Source: the human T2T-CHM13v2.0 reference genome, Homo sapiens
Assembly: GCF_009914755.1 (NCBI RefSeq)
Contig: NC_060946.1
DNA: 64,000 bases
Strand: one strand, 5' to 3'
The translations under genes were made by a program, and so were the position numbers. The notes beneath the pieces were generated by a model, which was not told the DNA's origin, ran no database searches, and was given only the letters and a program-made list of their open reading frames with translations. Shown piece by piece: positions 24,718 to 40,470 of the stretch (position 1 is the first letter of the stretch; every line of letters begins with the position of its first letter).

Positions 24718-25551
24718 TGATCTGTTCGCCTTTGCCTCACAAAGTGCTGGGATTAAAGGCGTGAGTCACTGCGCCTGGCTACAAACTATGTTTTCAATGG
24801 CACTTCCCCCCTGCCCCTCCCCTCCCCTCCCCTTCCCTTTCTTTTCTTTTCTTCTTTTCTCTTTTCTTTTCGTTTTTCTTGAGACAGAGTCTTGCTCTGT
24901 TGCCCAGGCTGGAGTGCAGTGGCGCGATGCTCAGCTCACAACCTCTGCCTCCTGGGTTCAAGCGATTCTCTTGCCTCAGCCTCCCGCGTACCTGGGACTA
25001 CAGGTGCGCATCACCATGCCCAGCTAATTTTTGTATTTTTAGTATATTTTGTATTTTTGTATATTTAGGAGACGGAGTTTCACTGTTTACCTCGTGATCT
25101 GCCTGCCTCGGTCTCCCAAAGTGCTGGGATTACAGGCGTGAGCCACCGTGACCAGCCTTCTTTTTCTTTTTTCTTTTTTTTTGAGACGGAGTGTTGCTTT
25201 TTCTTTTTTCTTTGAGACAAGGTCTCATTCTGTCACCCAAGCTGAAGTACAGCGGCTTGATCATAGTTCACTGCAGCCGTGAACTCCTGGGCTCAAGCAG
25301 TCCTCCTACCTTAGCCTCCGGAATAGCTAGGATTACAGGTGCATGCCACCATGCCTGGCTAATTCTTTTATTTTTGTTTAATTGATGTACTTATTTTGAG
25401 ACAAAGTCTTGCTCTGTTATCCAGGCTGGAGTAGAGTGGTGTGATCATAGCTCATTTGCAGCCTCGAACTTCTGTGCTCAAGTGATCCTCCCACCTCAGG
25501 CTCTCGAGAAGCTAGGACTACAGGTGTGAGCCACCATGCCCAGCTAATTCT

Positions 25552-25582
<31 letters not shown>

Positions 25583-26561
25583 TAGAGACAGGGTCTTACT
25601 ATGTTGCCCAGGCTGGTCTTGAATTCCCAGCCTCAAACGATCCTCCTGCTTCAGCCTCCCAAAGTGCTAGGATAACAGGTGTAAGCCACCGTGCCTCACA
25701 AGAGTGCACCATTTTAATCGGTTTTATTATTATTCAAGTAAGGTAAGGCTAACATCAGAAAATAACTGTGACACTGAGCACGGTGTCTCACGCCTGTTAT
25801 CCTAGCACTTTGAGATGCCAAGGCAGGAAAATCGTTTGAGGCCAGCAGTTTGAGACCAGCCTGAACAACGGAGCAAGACCCTGTCTCTACAAAAAAATTT
25901 TTTTAATTGGCCAGGCGTGGTGGCTCACATCTGTAGTTTTAGCTACTTGGGAGCCTGAGGTGGGAGGATCACTTGAGCACAGGAGTTTGAGGCTGCAGTG
26001 AGCCATGTTTGTGCCACTGCACTCCAGCCTGGATGACAGAGTGAGACTCTGTCTCAAAAAATAATAATAAGGCTGGACGCAGTGGCTCATGCCTATAATC
26101 TCAGCACTTTGGGAGGCGGAGGCGGGGGGATCACTTGAGCTCAGGAATTTGAGACCAGCCTGGTCAACAGGGTAAAACCCTGTCTCTACGAAAAATACAA
26201 AAAATTAGCCAGGCGTGGTGGTGTGCACCTCTAATCACAGCTACTAGGGAGGCTGAAGCGGAAGAATCACTTGAACCTGGGAGGCTGCAGTGAGCTGAGA
26301 TCGTGCCACTGCACTACAACCTGGGCGACAGAGTGAGACTCTGTCTCAAAACAAAACAAAACAAAAACAAACAAACAAAAAAAACATGGGCGGGGCTAGG
26401 TGGCCCATGCCTGTGATCCCAGCACTTTGGGAGGCTGAGGTGGGCGGATCACAAGGTCAGGAGTTCGAGACCACCCTGGCCAATGTGGTGAAACCCTGTC
26501 TCTACTAAAAATACAAACAAAATTAGCTGGGCATGGTAGTGGGCGCCTGTAATCCCAGCTA

Positions 26562-26756
<195 letters not shown>

Positions 26757-27984
26757 TCAGGAGACTGTTAAGTGTGGAGCCTCCAGTGCCTGAAGCCAGA
26801 ATCTGGAAGGAAAGGCCACTCCAGGCCTGGAGCCTCAGCTCTTGTAGTCACCATCTGCCATCCAAGGATCTCCTCTTCAGTGCCACCAAGGAGGGAATCA
26901 AGAGACTGTATCTTGACTGTCATGGAGATACCCTGAGGAGGTGTCAAGAATGGAGTGGTACCTGGGAAGGGGCTATGTAGCCTCCCCAAGGGAATTCTGG
27001 AGGCTGTGAGTTAAAAAAAGGGCACTGTTTTTTGTCTTTTTTTTTTAGTCAAGGTCTCACCGTGTCACCCAGGCTGAAGCGTAGTGGTGTGATTTTAATT
27101 AATTTCTGCCTTGAACTGGGCTCAAGTGATCTTCCCGCCTCAGCCTCCCGAGGAGCTGGGACTACAGGTGTGAGCCACCACGCCCAGCTAATGTTTTTAT
27201 TTTTACAGAGATGAGGCCTTGCTGTGTTGCCCAGGCTGGGCAGATCCTCAGCCTCCCAAAGTGTTGGGATTACAGGCATGAGCCACTGCGCCTGGCCATC
27301 TCATGTTTAAGTAAGCTTGGGAAGTGCTACCTGTTTCTGCAATACTGATTGGAGTGCTTGCTCCATCACGGTGCTGAGCACAGAGACAGCTCTTTAAAAT
27401 TTATCACACTTAATCGTCACCACAGCCCTGCTAAGTCACGGGTCATACCCCCCTTTTACAGATGGAAACACCAAGGCAGTCCAAAGGAAAGTGCTTATCC
27501 AGAGCCGGAGTCTGACAATGGCAGGCTTCATGGAAGACTCAGATTTCCTCCACCCTCACTGTCCAGAACTCTGCCTGTAAAAGGCAGGACACAGCCGAAT
27601 CATGGGGGCTGGAAGCACTTCTAAAACCTTGGGGGTAAGGGAGCTGGGGAAAGGGAGGTGTTGCTCCAGGCATCCACCTGGTGCCCTGGCTGGAAAGGTC
27701 TGGTGGGGGTCATGGGGTGAGGGCAGGAGACAGAAGTGGAGAGACAGAGACAGAGGGGAGGCAGTAAGCAGGAAGGAAAGGGAAAGGATAATGAAAAGAG
27801 ACATGAGAACAAAAGTCAAAGGAAGGATGAACACGGAGAGGCAAAAAAACCAATGTGAGGCTGGGACCAGTGGCTTGCACCTGTAATCCCAGCACTTTGG
27901 GAGGCCAAGGTAAGAGGATTGCTTGACCCCAAGAGTTCAAGACCAGTCTAGGCAACATAGTGAGACTCCATCTCTACAAAATTA

Positions 27985-28760
<776 letters not shown>

Positions 28761-28843
28761 AGACAAATACAAAAGACACGAAATGGCCGAAATGGCCGGG
28801 CACAGTGGCTCATTCCTATAATCACAGCACTTTGAGAAGCTCA

Positions 28844-29083
<240 letters not shown>

Positions 29084-29304
29084 TCAGGCTTGGTGGCTCA
29101 GCACTTTGGGAGGCCAAGATGGGCGGATCATTTGAGGTCAGGAGTTCGAGACCAATCTGACCAATATGGTGAAACTCCATCTCTATTAAAAATACAAAAA
29201 AAGGCCGGGCGCAGTGGCTCACGCCTGTAATCCTGTAATCCCAGCACTTTGGGAGGCCGAGGCGGGCAGATCACGAGGTCAGGAGATTGAGACCGTCCTG
29301 GCTA

Positions 29305-29664
<360 letters not shown>

Positions 29665-30500
29665 TCAAAAAATAAAAATTTAAAAAACACCAATAATAAT
29701 AATAATTAATAAACTTAATAAATAAATAAATAAAAGACAGGAAATGACGGTGAGAACCGGTGTGAGGGACTAGCTAGTGGCCAGTGCTAACAAGGAGGTG
29801 CTTGTGACCTGCTATGGACCTGGAAGCGACTAGGGCTGAGTACAAAGGGGGCAAAGGAATTTGGGGGTGATGGAAATGTTCTGTATCTTGACTGTGGTGG
29901 TGGTTATATGAGAGTTGGCATAACTTTAAAACACCAGAAAGGGTGAACTTTACTGTACAAGTGGTTCACAACTGCAATCCCAGCACTTGTGGGAGGCTGG
30001 GGCTGGAGAATTGCTTGAGCCAAGTTCGAGACCAGCCTGGGCAACATAGGGAGACTGTCTCTAAAAAAAATCAATCCCAATGATGGCATTCCCCGCCTCA
30101 GGGAATGCCAGCCCCCACTTCTTCTGTCACCTCTCCCCCATGGGCCCCGTTAACGGATACAGGGAGGAAGGCATTTCCTGCCTAGATGTCTCCGCCCCCA
30201 CTGCCATGGAGACCAGCTTGGAAGCTTAGGGGAGCTGCTGTGGCCCAGGGCTCAGTGGGGAGGAAGAGGAGGCCAGGAGTCTTGGACTAGCTGCAGGGTT
30301 TGAGCTAGGCTGAAGCAGCAGAACCACAGAGGTGGCTGAGCAGGGGCCTGGCCCTGGGACCCAGCCATCCACACTCACACATCCACTTCTCCCTCCAGAG
30401 CCCGGCCCTGAAGCAGGTCTCTGCTCCACGCTTTTCCTTAGTTGGGGAATCGAGAGTTGGGGGATCAAAGCCCCCCACATCTCCCTCACCCGCTGCAGCT

Positions 30501-30525
30501 ATGTTTATCAAGGTGATGTTTGGGG
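30501..30525 (+). CDS. C22orf15: C22orf15 coding exon 1 (MFIKVMFG)
   Basis: ATG, then donor G|GTAAGT. The six exons sum to 447 nt = 148 aa + stop. Confidence 0.88.
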
Positions 30526-31280
30526 GTAAGTGGGGTCCCCTGTCTTGGTAGGCGGATAGGGGGATGAGCACACTCAGAGGCGTGCTTCCTTCCGCCCTTG
30601 CGGTGGGTGGGGAGGCAATGGCGGGAAAGGGGGGTGGTGCACATGGCGGGGGTCGTCGGGGAAGCGGCTCTGTGAGGAGGCGAAGCCAGCACCTGGAGCG
30701 AGTCCCTTAAAGGGAAAACCCGAGCTGAGTCCTGCTCATTCACAAGGGTTCCTCTCGGCCAGAGACCGCCGCATTACCCTGGAGCAGGTTTTTAAGCCGC
30801 ACAATCTCTTCGCCATTCAATCCGTGATCCTCAAGCTTCAGCGTGCATCAGACACCTGAAACTCTAGCCACAGTTGCAGGGTCCCCGTGCCTCTGGCTGG
30901 AGGCGGGTCGGCCCTGTGCGGTAGCGGAAGGGAAGAGAGGAGCCGGTGGGTGCGGAGGGCGGGGACTGGCTGGGTCCCGTGGGGGCGGGTCCCGGGAGGA
31001 GGCTGGGCTGGCGCGCACTTCGTGCTTTGCAGGACTCAAGAGACCAACACTTGGGAGTCACCACACATGGGAGAAAAGTCACCACACATGGGAGATGGAT
31101 GGAGGGTTCTCCAAGGCAGTTTAAGCAACAGATGTTGGAGCTGTTATGCCCGGGGCACAGTCTTAGCCCATAGGCCCAGTCGCAGCTCTGGGAAAGGGAG
31201 AGATGGGAGGGAGAGACAGAGGACCCCGATTTGGAGGAAGGTAAGAGATCTCACAGGCTCACCTTTGCCCCTCTCCACAG

Positions 31281-31367
31281 CTGGCTGCTCGGTGCTGGTG
31301 AACACCTCTTGCAGGCTGGTGAACCTCACCGCCCACCTGAGGCAGAAAGCAGGGTTGCCCCCAGATG
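31281..31367 (+). CDS. C22orf15: C22orf15 coding exon 2
   Basis: CTCTCCACAG| acceptor, G|GTGAGG donor, open frame AGCSVLVNTSCRLVNL... Confidence 0.9.
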
Positions 31368-31453
31368 GTGAGGAGACAGGGAGGAGAAGGAGGGGCTGAG
31401 GGGTCCCAGGCAGGGGTGCCAGCCCTGCCCAGTCTCTCTCCATGTCCTCCCAG

Positions 31454-31591
31454 CGACCATTGCTCTCCTGGCTGAGGATGGCAACCTAGTGAGCCTGGAG
31501 GAGGACCTGAAGGAAGGGGCTTCCCGGGCCCAGACCATGGGCAACTCCCTACTGAAGGAGCGAGCCATATATGTCCTCGTTCGGATCATCA
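31454..31591 (+). CDS. C22orf15: C22orf15 coding exon 3
   Basis: CCTCCCAG| acceptor, A|GTAAGG donor, frame ATIALLAEDGNLVSLEE...VLVRII. Confidence 0.9.
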
Positions 31592-31832
31592 GTAAGGTGG
31601 CCCAAGGTTCTCTCCCCTGCAGCTATGGTAGAATGTAAGAGGGGGGCATAGCAGACCATAGACCACCCAAGGCCCTGTCCAGCCTCCCACCTCGGCTGGG
31701 GACCTAGCCCCAATCCATCCCTACCCAATGCTCTGCTCCCAGCCTGGACTAGCAAACAGTTCCAGAGTGAGAGGCAGAGTAGGGACCATTAGGCCAGTCA
31801 GGTGTCCTTCATCGTCTCTCCACATGTCACAG

Positions 31833-31907
31833 AGGGAGAGGACATGGCCTCCACCCGCTATGAGTCCCTATTGGAGAACCTGGATGACCATTACCCAGAG
31901 CTGGCAG
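31833..31907 (+). CDS. C22orf15: C22orf15 coding exon 4
   Basis: TCACAG| acceptor, G|GTGAGT donor, frame KGEDMASTRYESLLENL... Confidence 0.9.
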
Positions 31908-31986
31908 GTGAGTGTCAGGGTACAGCCCAGGGGGAGGGCACACCTTCTCCCTAACCCCTACCAACAGGACTTCCTGGGCCTTCCAG

Positions 31987-32096
31987 AGGAACTGCGCAGG
32001 CTGTCAGGCCTCTCCTCTGTGGGCCACAACTGGAGGAAGCGTATGGGCACTCGGCGAGGCCGCCATGAGCAAAGCCCCACTTCAAGGCCCAGAAAG
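31987..32096 (+). CDS. C22orf15: C22orf15 coding exon 5
   Basis: CTTCCAG| acceptor, AAG|GTGAGC donor, basic tail EELRRLSG...RPRK. Confidence 0.88.
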
Positions 32097-32914
32097 GTGA
32101 GCTCCCTGCCACCCAGGAGTTGCTAGCTGGGGCAGGGAGCCAGGTACAGAGCAGATTTGGACATCCACAGAGACACCCAGAGTGGGATCCCTTCCTGCAG
32201 GACAGACACATATGATGAGGGGCAGACCCTCAACACCAACTCCACGCACATATACCCCCAGATGGAACACACTGTACCCTGAGACAGGTCCCCACCACCC
32301 CACGGGAGTGCCAGCGCACTAAGGGCCGGAATGTCCTCAGGCTTCACAGATGTGGCATAGGGGCTGGCACACAGTAGGAGCTCAGTGCACAACTGCTGGA
32401 TGAACTCAATGAAGGCGGCAGCATGGTGTGTGATGGCACGGCCCACACTGGGTTTGAAGGGCTTGTTCTTCCATTCTGGCAGGCTTGGGGACCTGGCACA
32501 CTACTGCCAACTAGCCAAGTTGGACTCAGACCCAAGGGGGTTAGCCATGACCTCTGCCTTGTGTGATCAGGTGCAAACAGACAACAACCCAGCAGGACTC
32601 CTCTTGCAGAATCTGGAATTGCTGAGAAGTTGCATCAGCAAGAGGGGCAAGGTCAGACAGGATTTGAGGCCGCCAGGGGCACCTAAGCTGTGGGTGCAGA
32701 GAATGGGATGCAGAGGTAGAGACAAGAAGGGTAGAGGTGGCAGGTATCCCTGATAAGGGGGAGACCATGGGTTCATCCTGGGATTCCACCCTCAGAGTCA
32801 GATGCCCTTGGGATCACCGACTAATGCCTCTCCACCTCACTCTGGACTGCCCAAGGAATCTGTCCTGTGCTACCCACAGTGCAGATTGCAACAGGGCTCC
32901 TCCTCCCCACCCAG

Positions 32915-32926
32915 GGCCCTGATTAA
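32915..32926 (+). CDS. C22orf15: C22orf15 last coding exon (GPD-stop), 3'UTR to ~33060
   Basis: CCCCACCCAG|GGC CCT GAT TAA, followed by AATAAA at 33038. Confidence 0.8.
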   Translation, partial: GPD

Positions 32927-33037
32927 GGGGATGGATTGCACACTGTAGTGAGACATCCATCCTGACCCCACCTCATCAGCCAGGGAGCTCCCTGAAGACA
33001 GGCCATCGAGAGAGGCACACAACAGGCTGTGGTCTAA

Positions 33038-33043
33038 AATAAA
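33038..33043 (+). terminator. C22orf15 poly(A) signal AATAAA
   Basis: Canonical hexamer with GT-rich sequence downstream (TTTGTGTCTTGGGTT). Confidence 0.85.
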
Positions 33044-33045
33044 CT

Positions 33046-33051
33046 TTTAAT
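33046..33051 (-). terminator. CHCHD10 poly(A) signal ATTAAA
   Basis: TTTAAT on plus strand 150 nt after the CHCHD10 stop, with GT-rich TGTTGTGTG downstream on the minus strand. Confidence 0.8.
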
Positions 33052-33200
33052 TGCACATTTGTGTCTTGGGTTATCTGTGGGGTGAGAAACCTCCTCACTT
33101 CCAATCCCAGCTATCTGGGTACAATCTGGTGTTGTGGTCTGGCTGTCGGCGAGGGGTAGAGGTGGGTGCAGGACTGGCCCCCGAGTCTGCACCGACCTCT

Positions 33201-33220
33201 TCAGGGCAGGGAGCTCAGAC
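33201..33220 (-). CDS. CHCHD10: CHCHD10 exon 4 coding part (GLSSLP-stop)
   Basis: CCCTTCCCAG| acceptor, TGA at 33203-33201. Confidence 0.95.
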
Positions 33221-33316
33221 CTGGGAAGGGAGGGGCAGCACAGGCTGGTGGTCAGCCTGCAGGTGCAAGAGGAGGGTTGGCCTCTCCCCCTCCCGGCCTG
33301 AGTCGGGGTCCACTCA

Positions 33317-33529
<213 letters not shown>

Positions 33530-34542
33530 TCAAACCTGGGGCCACCTGCCCCTCCCCACATCCCCAGCCTGGGTGTCCCAAGGGTCCTAGGCAGGCTGAG
33601 TGATCCAGCAGCAGAGGCGGCTACAGACAGCATGTTTCTGCTGCCTTTTTTTTTTTTTTTTTTGAGACAGAGTCTCACTCTGTCACCTAGAGTGGAGTGC
33701 AGCGGCGCAGTCTCGGCTCACTGCAACCTCCGCCTCCCGGGTTCAAGTGGTTGTCCTGCCTCGGCCTCCCAAGTAGCTGGGGCTACAGGCGCCCGCCACC
33801 ATGCCCAACAAATTTTTTGTATTTTTAGTAGAGAGGGGGTTTCACTATGTTGGCCAGGCTGGTATCGAACTCCTGAACTCATGATCCACCCGCCTTGGCC
33901 TCCCAAAGTGCTGGGATTACAGGCATGAGCCACTGCGCCTGGCCTCTGCTGCCTTCTAATGGGCACTTTGGGCGGGTGCAGGGGAGGGAGGAGAAGGCTC
34001 TAGGAAAGCCCAGTACTCTGCCTGTACTCTCAGAGTATGAGCCCCACCCCCACAAGTTCTAGCACCTTCCTGGCTCAGCTACACTAATCCTCATGACCCC
34101 TGACCTAGCCACAAAGCCACATTTGGCTTACGGCGGTGGGGTTCCTAGCAGGGGAAAGGTCATCAGGGAAGTGGCTCCCCTTCGCCCTTGCGCCCAGCGG
34201 CCACAGTGCCCAGACCTGGGTGTGGGGAGAACAGGGGCTCAGGAAATCCAACATCCCTCCCCTCTGCTAGGGTGAGGTGACCTTGGGCGAGTCTCTGAGC
34301 CCTCAGGGCCTGGGTTTCCCATCTTTAAAGGGCTGGTTGGTGTCTCTCCCTGGGAGCTTAGGGACCCTGGCCTCAAGGGAGAGGCCGGGAAGCCTGCCTC
34401 TAAGTGACAGTGAACTCAAGACCAGTGGACTAGGACCCTTCCCGGGCAGAGTCCTGGGCTGAAGCAACGGTGAATACACGCGGACACTCCTCACTGGACA
34501 CTTGGGCAGCTCCCTGTGTGGCCTCGAGATAATCCTGCCTCA

Positions 34543-36000
<1,458 letters not shown>

Positions 36001-37083
36001 GGATTTAGAATGCTTTCCTGCTCTTCGAGAACTTGAGGTTTTAATTTTAATTTTTACTTTTTTTTTTTTTGACACGGAGCCTTGCTCTGTCGCCCAGGTT
36101 GGAGTGCAGTGGCGATCTCGGCTCACTGCAACCTCCACCTCCCGGATTCAAGCAATTCTCCTGCCTCAGCCTCCTGAGTAGCTGGGACTACAGGCTCGTG
36201 CCACCACACCTGGCTAATTTTTGTATTTTTAGTAGAGACGGGGTTTCACCATGTTGGCCAAACTGGTCTCCAACTCCTGAGCTCATGATCCTCCTACCTC
36301 AGCCTCCCAAAGTGCTGGGATTACAAGCATGAGCCATCGCGCCCGGCTGAGCTTGAGGTTTTTATGGTCTTTTCTGGGTGACTTTGCAGTGGTCATATTA
36401 TTACTCCTAGGTGGGGGAAGGTAGGGACTGTCCCTCATCACTGCTGTGCCTGCAGAGGACTCCTGACACCGGGATTGTCGGCAGGGTGCAACCAAGAGCA
36501 AAAGCACCCAGAAGTGGGGGTGTGGGTCACCAAGTAAGAGAGGAGGCCCCTCCATAAGGAAGGAGCAGGTCAAGGGGCAAGGGGAGTGGTGGCTGGGGCG
36601 TTTGGCCCTGCCTGGCATGCTCAATTCTGTGTGTGCACAGCTGTCCCCAGCCATGCATGCTCTCCATGGAAGTCAGGTGCAGCCCTGTGTTCTCTCACAC
36701 TGCAGTCCTTTCAGCCAGCCTGTGAACAGGGCCCTTCCCCGCCCTGTCTTCAGTTTCTCCTCTCTGAAGGGGGGTGACCACCCACCTTGAGGGTGGCCTC
36801 CCAGTGAGGTGAGCACACCAAGGGTGGGCCATTCTTTCCTGGCAGACTCACCAGGCCTGGTCCAGCCGCTACTCCCTTGTTCATGCAGTCCATGCCACCT
36901 GGTTCCTGTTTGCCACACCAAACAAACTGAACACTTCTCATGGTGGTCCCCGGGCCTAAACTGCAGAGAGTTGTTACTTCAGCTCCCATGGCTGATGGAC
37001 TGCAGGTTCCACAAAGCATGGCCTTGCACCTCGGAGGCACCCAAGACCACTTAAGTGGGTTACACAAATGAAAATGAGGCTGA

Positions 37084-37329
<246 letters not shown>

Positions 37330-37332
37330 TAA

Positions 37333-37581
<249 letters not shown>

Positions 37582-37658
37582 TGAGCCACCACGCCTGGCC
37601 TGAAATGCCTACTTTTTAAAAATGAGTCACTTTAGCGGGGAATAGTGGCTCATGTCTA

Positions 37659-37892
<234 letters not shown>

Positions 37893-38024
37893 TCAAAATA
37901 ATAAAGGTAAATAAAAGTGAGTGACTTTAAAGAAAAGATTGCCTTTCAGGCGCGGTGGCTCACGCCTGTAATCCCAGCACTTTGGGAGGCCGAGGCGGGT
38001 GGATCACCTGAGGTCAGGAGTTCA

Positions 38025-38252
<228 letters not shown>

Positions 38253-38475
38253 TTACGAACAGTGTAGGTTGTAAAAATTACTGCTGTCTTACTTCTCCTC
38301 GCCCTCTAGGAGTCTCTGTGGAGTCTTCTTGAATAAGCTGTGAAACATTTCCCCACCCGCTTCCCTTTCTTGGCCCAGGCTTCCTGACCACAGCCTCACC
38401 TTTGAGCAGCTCAGAGCCCTGCCTGCCAGGATGCGAGCCACTGCCTGGATCGTGGCTCTGCAGGGCCACCCATGA

Positions 38476-38746
<271 letters not shown>

Positions 38747-39230
38747 TAGCTGGGCTTACAGGTGTGTGCCACCACACCTGGCTAATTTTTGTATTTTTAG
38801 TAGAGACAGGGTTTCACCATGTTGGTCAGGCTGCTCTCCAACTCCTGACCTCGTGATCCACCTGCCTCGGCCTCCCAAAGTGCTGGGATTACAGGCATGA
38901 GCCACTGCGCCCGGCCTCTCGCCTCCTTTCTTTCAAGTCTGAGGTGGCTAGCCTGGAGGGGTCCCCAGGGGCTTGTTGGGCACTGACGAGGGGACACCCT
39001 GGGGGCCCAGTACTCCACTCAGACACCTCCCACAGCCTTCTGACAGCATCCTTCCCACAGCTGACCAGCTAGAGGACCTCCTGACCCCTCCACTTGTCTG
39101 CTGGTGTGGAAAAGCCTGGACCCTCCCTCTTGGAGCCTCAGTTTCCCTATCTGTAAACTTCGGTCTATCCCAAGCTGAAGAACTGGCCAGTCCCTGCCAT
39201 ATGCCTCACTTTCCCCTGGGACACATTTTA

Positions 39231-39651
<421 letters not shown>

Positions 39652-39655
39652 TCAG

Positions 39656-39668
39656 AGGTCAGAGGTCA
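39656..39668 (+). promoter_or_regulatory. Perfect DR1 nuclear-receptor element (AGGTCA-G-AGGTCA), the MMP11 retinoic acid response element
   Basis: Two consensus half-sites with a 1-nt spacer, ~350 bp upstream of the TATA box. A DR1 RARE is an established feature of the human stromelysin-3 promoter. Confidence 0.85.
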
Positions 39669-39869
39669 GGCCACCAAGGAGACCCAGTGGGATGCGCCTT
39701 CCAAAGGTGGGGGTACGGATGGGACCCATGAAACCTGACTCCTCTCAGACTCTAGCCAAGTCTAAGACTTTGGACGGCCACCACCCAGAGGAGAAACTGA
39801 GACCCAGAGCGGCACGGGTTGGCCAGGGTCACCCAGCACCAGATAGGGACTTTGCCAGCCCCGGGGCAG

Positions 39870-40470
39870 GACCCTGTCTCCGGCCCTCGACCCCGCTGGG
39901 CCGTACCCTCCCCGTTCACCTCCCCCACCCGGGCCGCGGCTGCTAGGAGAGTTCAGAACAAAAGGCGGCGGGGGGCGGGGCCGAGGCGGGCCGGGGGTGG
40001 GGCGGAAGCTATAAGGGGCGGCGGCCCGGAGCGGCCCAGCAAGCCCAGCAGCCCCGGGGCGGATGGCTCCGGCCGCCTGGCTCCGCAGCGCGGCCGCGCG
40101 CGCCCTCCTGCCCCCGATGCTGCTGCTGCTGCTCCAGCCGCCGCCGCTGCTGGCCCGGGCTCTGCCGCCGGTGAGTGCCCGCCACTCGCCGGCCGCTCCT
40201 CGCTGAGGGGGCGCCGGGCACGCGGGCTGGGCCCAGCGGCGGATCCGGACCGAAGGGGGCGCCCCGGGTGGCCTCCAGCGCCCGGTACCCGAAACGCTTT
40301 CTGGTTCCCTCTAGGCGTGATAGACAGCGAGCTTGCAGTCCCTGGGGGTGTGAAGGGGAGCCGGCGCCGGCATCGTTCGGGCTGGTGGGACGGGACTCCA
40401 CGCTGGACTCACGCTTGCTCCCAGCGTGGGGACCTGCCTCTCGCGCTCCAGCCGCGGGTGCTGGAGTGTG
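39870..40470 (+). promoter_or_regulatory. MMP11: MMP11 CpG-island promoter with GC boxes and TATA box (TATAA 40010-40014)
   Basis: GGGGCGGGG and GGGGTGGGG boxes directly upstream of TATAAG, 53 nt before the ATG. Confidence 0.9.
40063..40170 (+). CDS. MMP11: MMP11 exon 1 (signal peptide)
   Basis: MAPAAWLRSAAARALLPPMLLLLLQPPPLLARALPP, donor CCG|GTGAGT. The eight exons total 1467 nt = 488 aa + stop. Confidence 0.97.
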
